This document shows, piece after piece, positions 62,981 through 64,000 of a DNA stretch of 64,000 nt (position 1 is the stretch's first letter; every line of letters starts with the position of its first letter). The translations under genes and the position numbers were made by a program. The notes beneath the pieces were generated by a model, which worked only from the letters and a program-made list of their open reading frames with translations, had not been told where the DNA came from and made no database searches. This DNA is from Octopus sinensis (taxonomy: Eukaryota): NCBI RefSeq assembly GCF_006345805.1, contig NC_043000.1, positions 26,164,001-26,228,000 of the forward strand. Direction: 5' to 3'.

Positions 62981-63120
62981 ACTACGGTCGCTGTTGCTGC
63001 TGTCGCTGCTGCTGTCATCGCTGCTGGTGCTACTGGTGTTACCGTTGCTACCACTATTACATGTAGTAGTGCTAGTACCAGCAGCAGCAGCAGTAGCAAT
63101 AGTAGTGTCAGAAGTAGTAG
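62722..63120. repeat. Compound trinucleotide array CTA>CCA>CCG>CTG>CTA
   Basis: Direct observation. Confidence 0.95.
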
Positions 63121-63651
63121 CGTCAGTAAAAGAAAGATCGATCGCGATAAGATTTCGAGTATTTCGAAAACCTACACCCTCCGTGTTATTGGCGTTATCG
63201 ATCATGTGGCCAAAGAAAAATCTAACACAACTCGAAGCTCTCACGATTTAGACATTGAACATGTTATAGCACTGTTCTGTAATTACAGTTCGATAACAAA
63301 TAGGAGCAACTGAAATTGATCGGATTGATTGCCAACATTCAACCAAAATAGACTAGACTTCTTTAAAATATAATCGACATATTACGGCGAAATATCGGAT
63401 AATAGATATTGTTAAGTGGCAAATGAACAGTAGAGTCGTGAGCCATCGGTTTGACAAGGTAAACGTCTATTAAACACATAGACAAGCTTGAACACACAGC
63501 ACATAAATATATATACTCATACATATATACAAACCCACATTGGCACATGTACACACGTATGCACATACACACATATATATGTATATGTAAATGTAAATGC
63601 GCGTGTATATATATATGTGCGTATGTGTGTATGTATACGTACCGTGACTCA

Positions 63652-63695
<44 letters not shown>

Positions 63696-63698
<3 letters not shown>

Positions 63699-63933
63699 TT
63701 GCGGCCGAAATGTTCAGAACGGCATTGTTTTCGCCAGAAAAGTAGGTATAAGTTTTTATTAAAGTTGTTTTATATTCTATAATTTTCACAGACAATAAAT
63801 ACAATATTAATTGTTATTGTCTGAGATTTTGGTGTAATTTGAGAGGATAATACAAAAGTTATGGATGATTTAGTGATTTATTGCAAAACCCATGGCGGCC
63901 AAAATGCCGTTCTGAACATTTTGGCCGCAACTG
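63696..63933. mobile_element. Tc1/mariner-type MITE, 238 bp
   Basis: 31-bp TIRs CAGTTGCGGCC(G/A)AAATGTTCAGAACGGCATT with a TA dinucleotide on both sides. Confidence 0.93.
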
Positions 63934-64000
63934 TATGTATATATATATATATATACACACACACACATATATGCACATACAAACATATATATATATATTA

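Noticed and set aside
62649-63251. 200-aa poly-Y/H/R/L ORF and antisense poly-S ORF
   Set aside because: Open frames are a by-product of trinucleotide repeats.

Overview
AT-rich, microsatellite-saturated eukaryotic non-coding DNA (intronic or intergenic). The SINE families and repeat landscape look like an octopus genome; this is from recall and was not searched. No intact host protein-coding gene, rRNA, true tRNA or CRISPR array is supported, and almost all ORF-track entries are translated microsatellites or repeat fragments. The window is a nested graveyard of mobile DNA. It holds three tRNA-derived SINE families (about 30 copies, some as head-to-tail concatemers, some with clear TSDs) and decayed non-LTR retrotransposons (R4/Dong-like RLE elements in (ATT)n, RTE, CR1/L2-like). 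It also holds Penelope-like element (PLE) GIY-YIG remnants, Tc1 and hAT transposase pseudogenes, a Tc1 MITE, a hAT-Charlie MITE, a non-autonomous Helitron and several mini/satellites. The most interesting signal is a set of short cassettes embedded in (TA)n tracts. Some carry minimal type-I hammerhead-ribozyme folds with non-canonical cores (CCGAUGA, CCGACGA, CUGUCGA) and palindromic stem III. Others form long foldbacks. Together they are consistent with several families of microsatellite-associated PLE termini.
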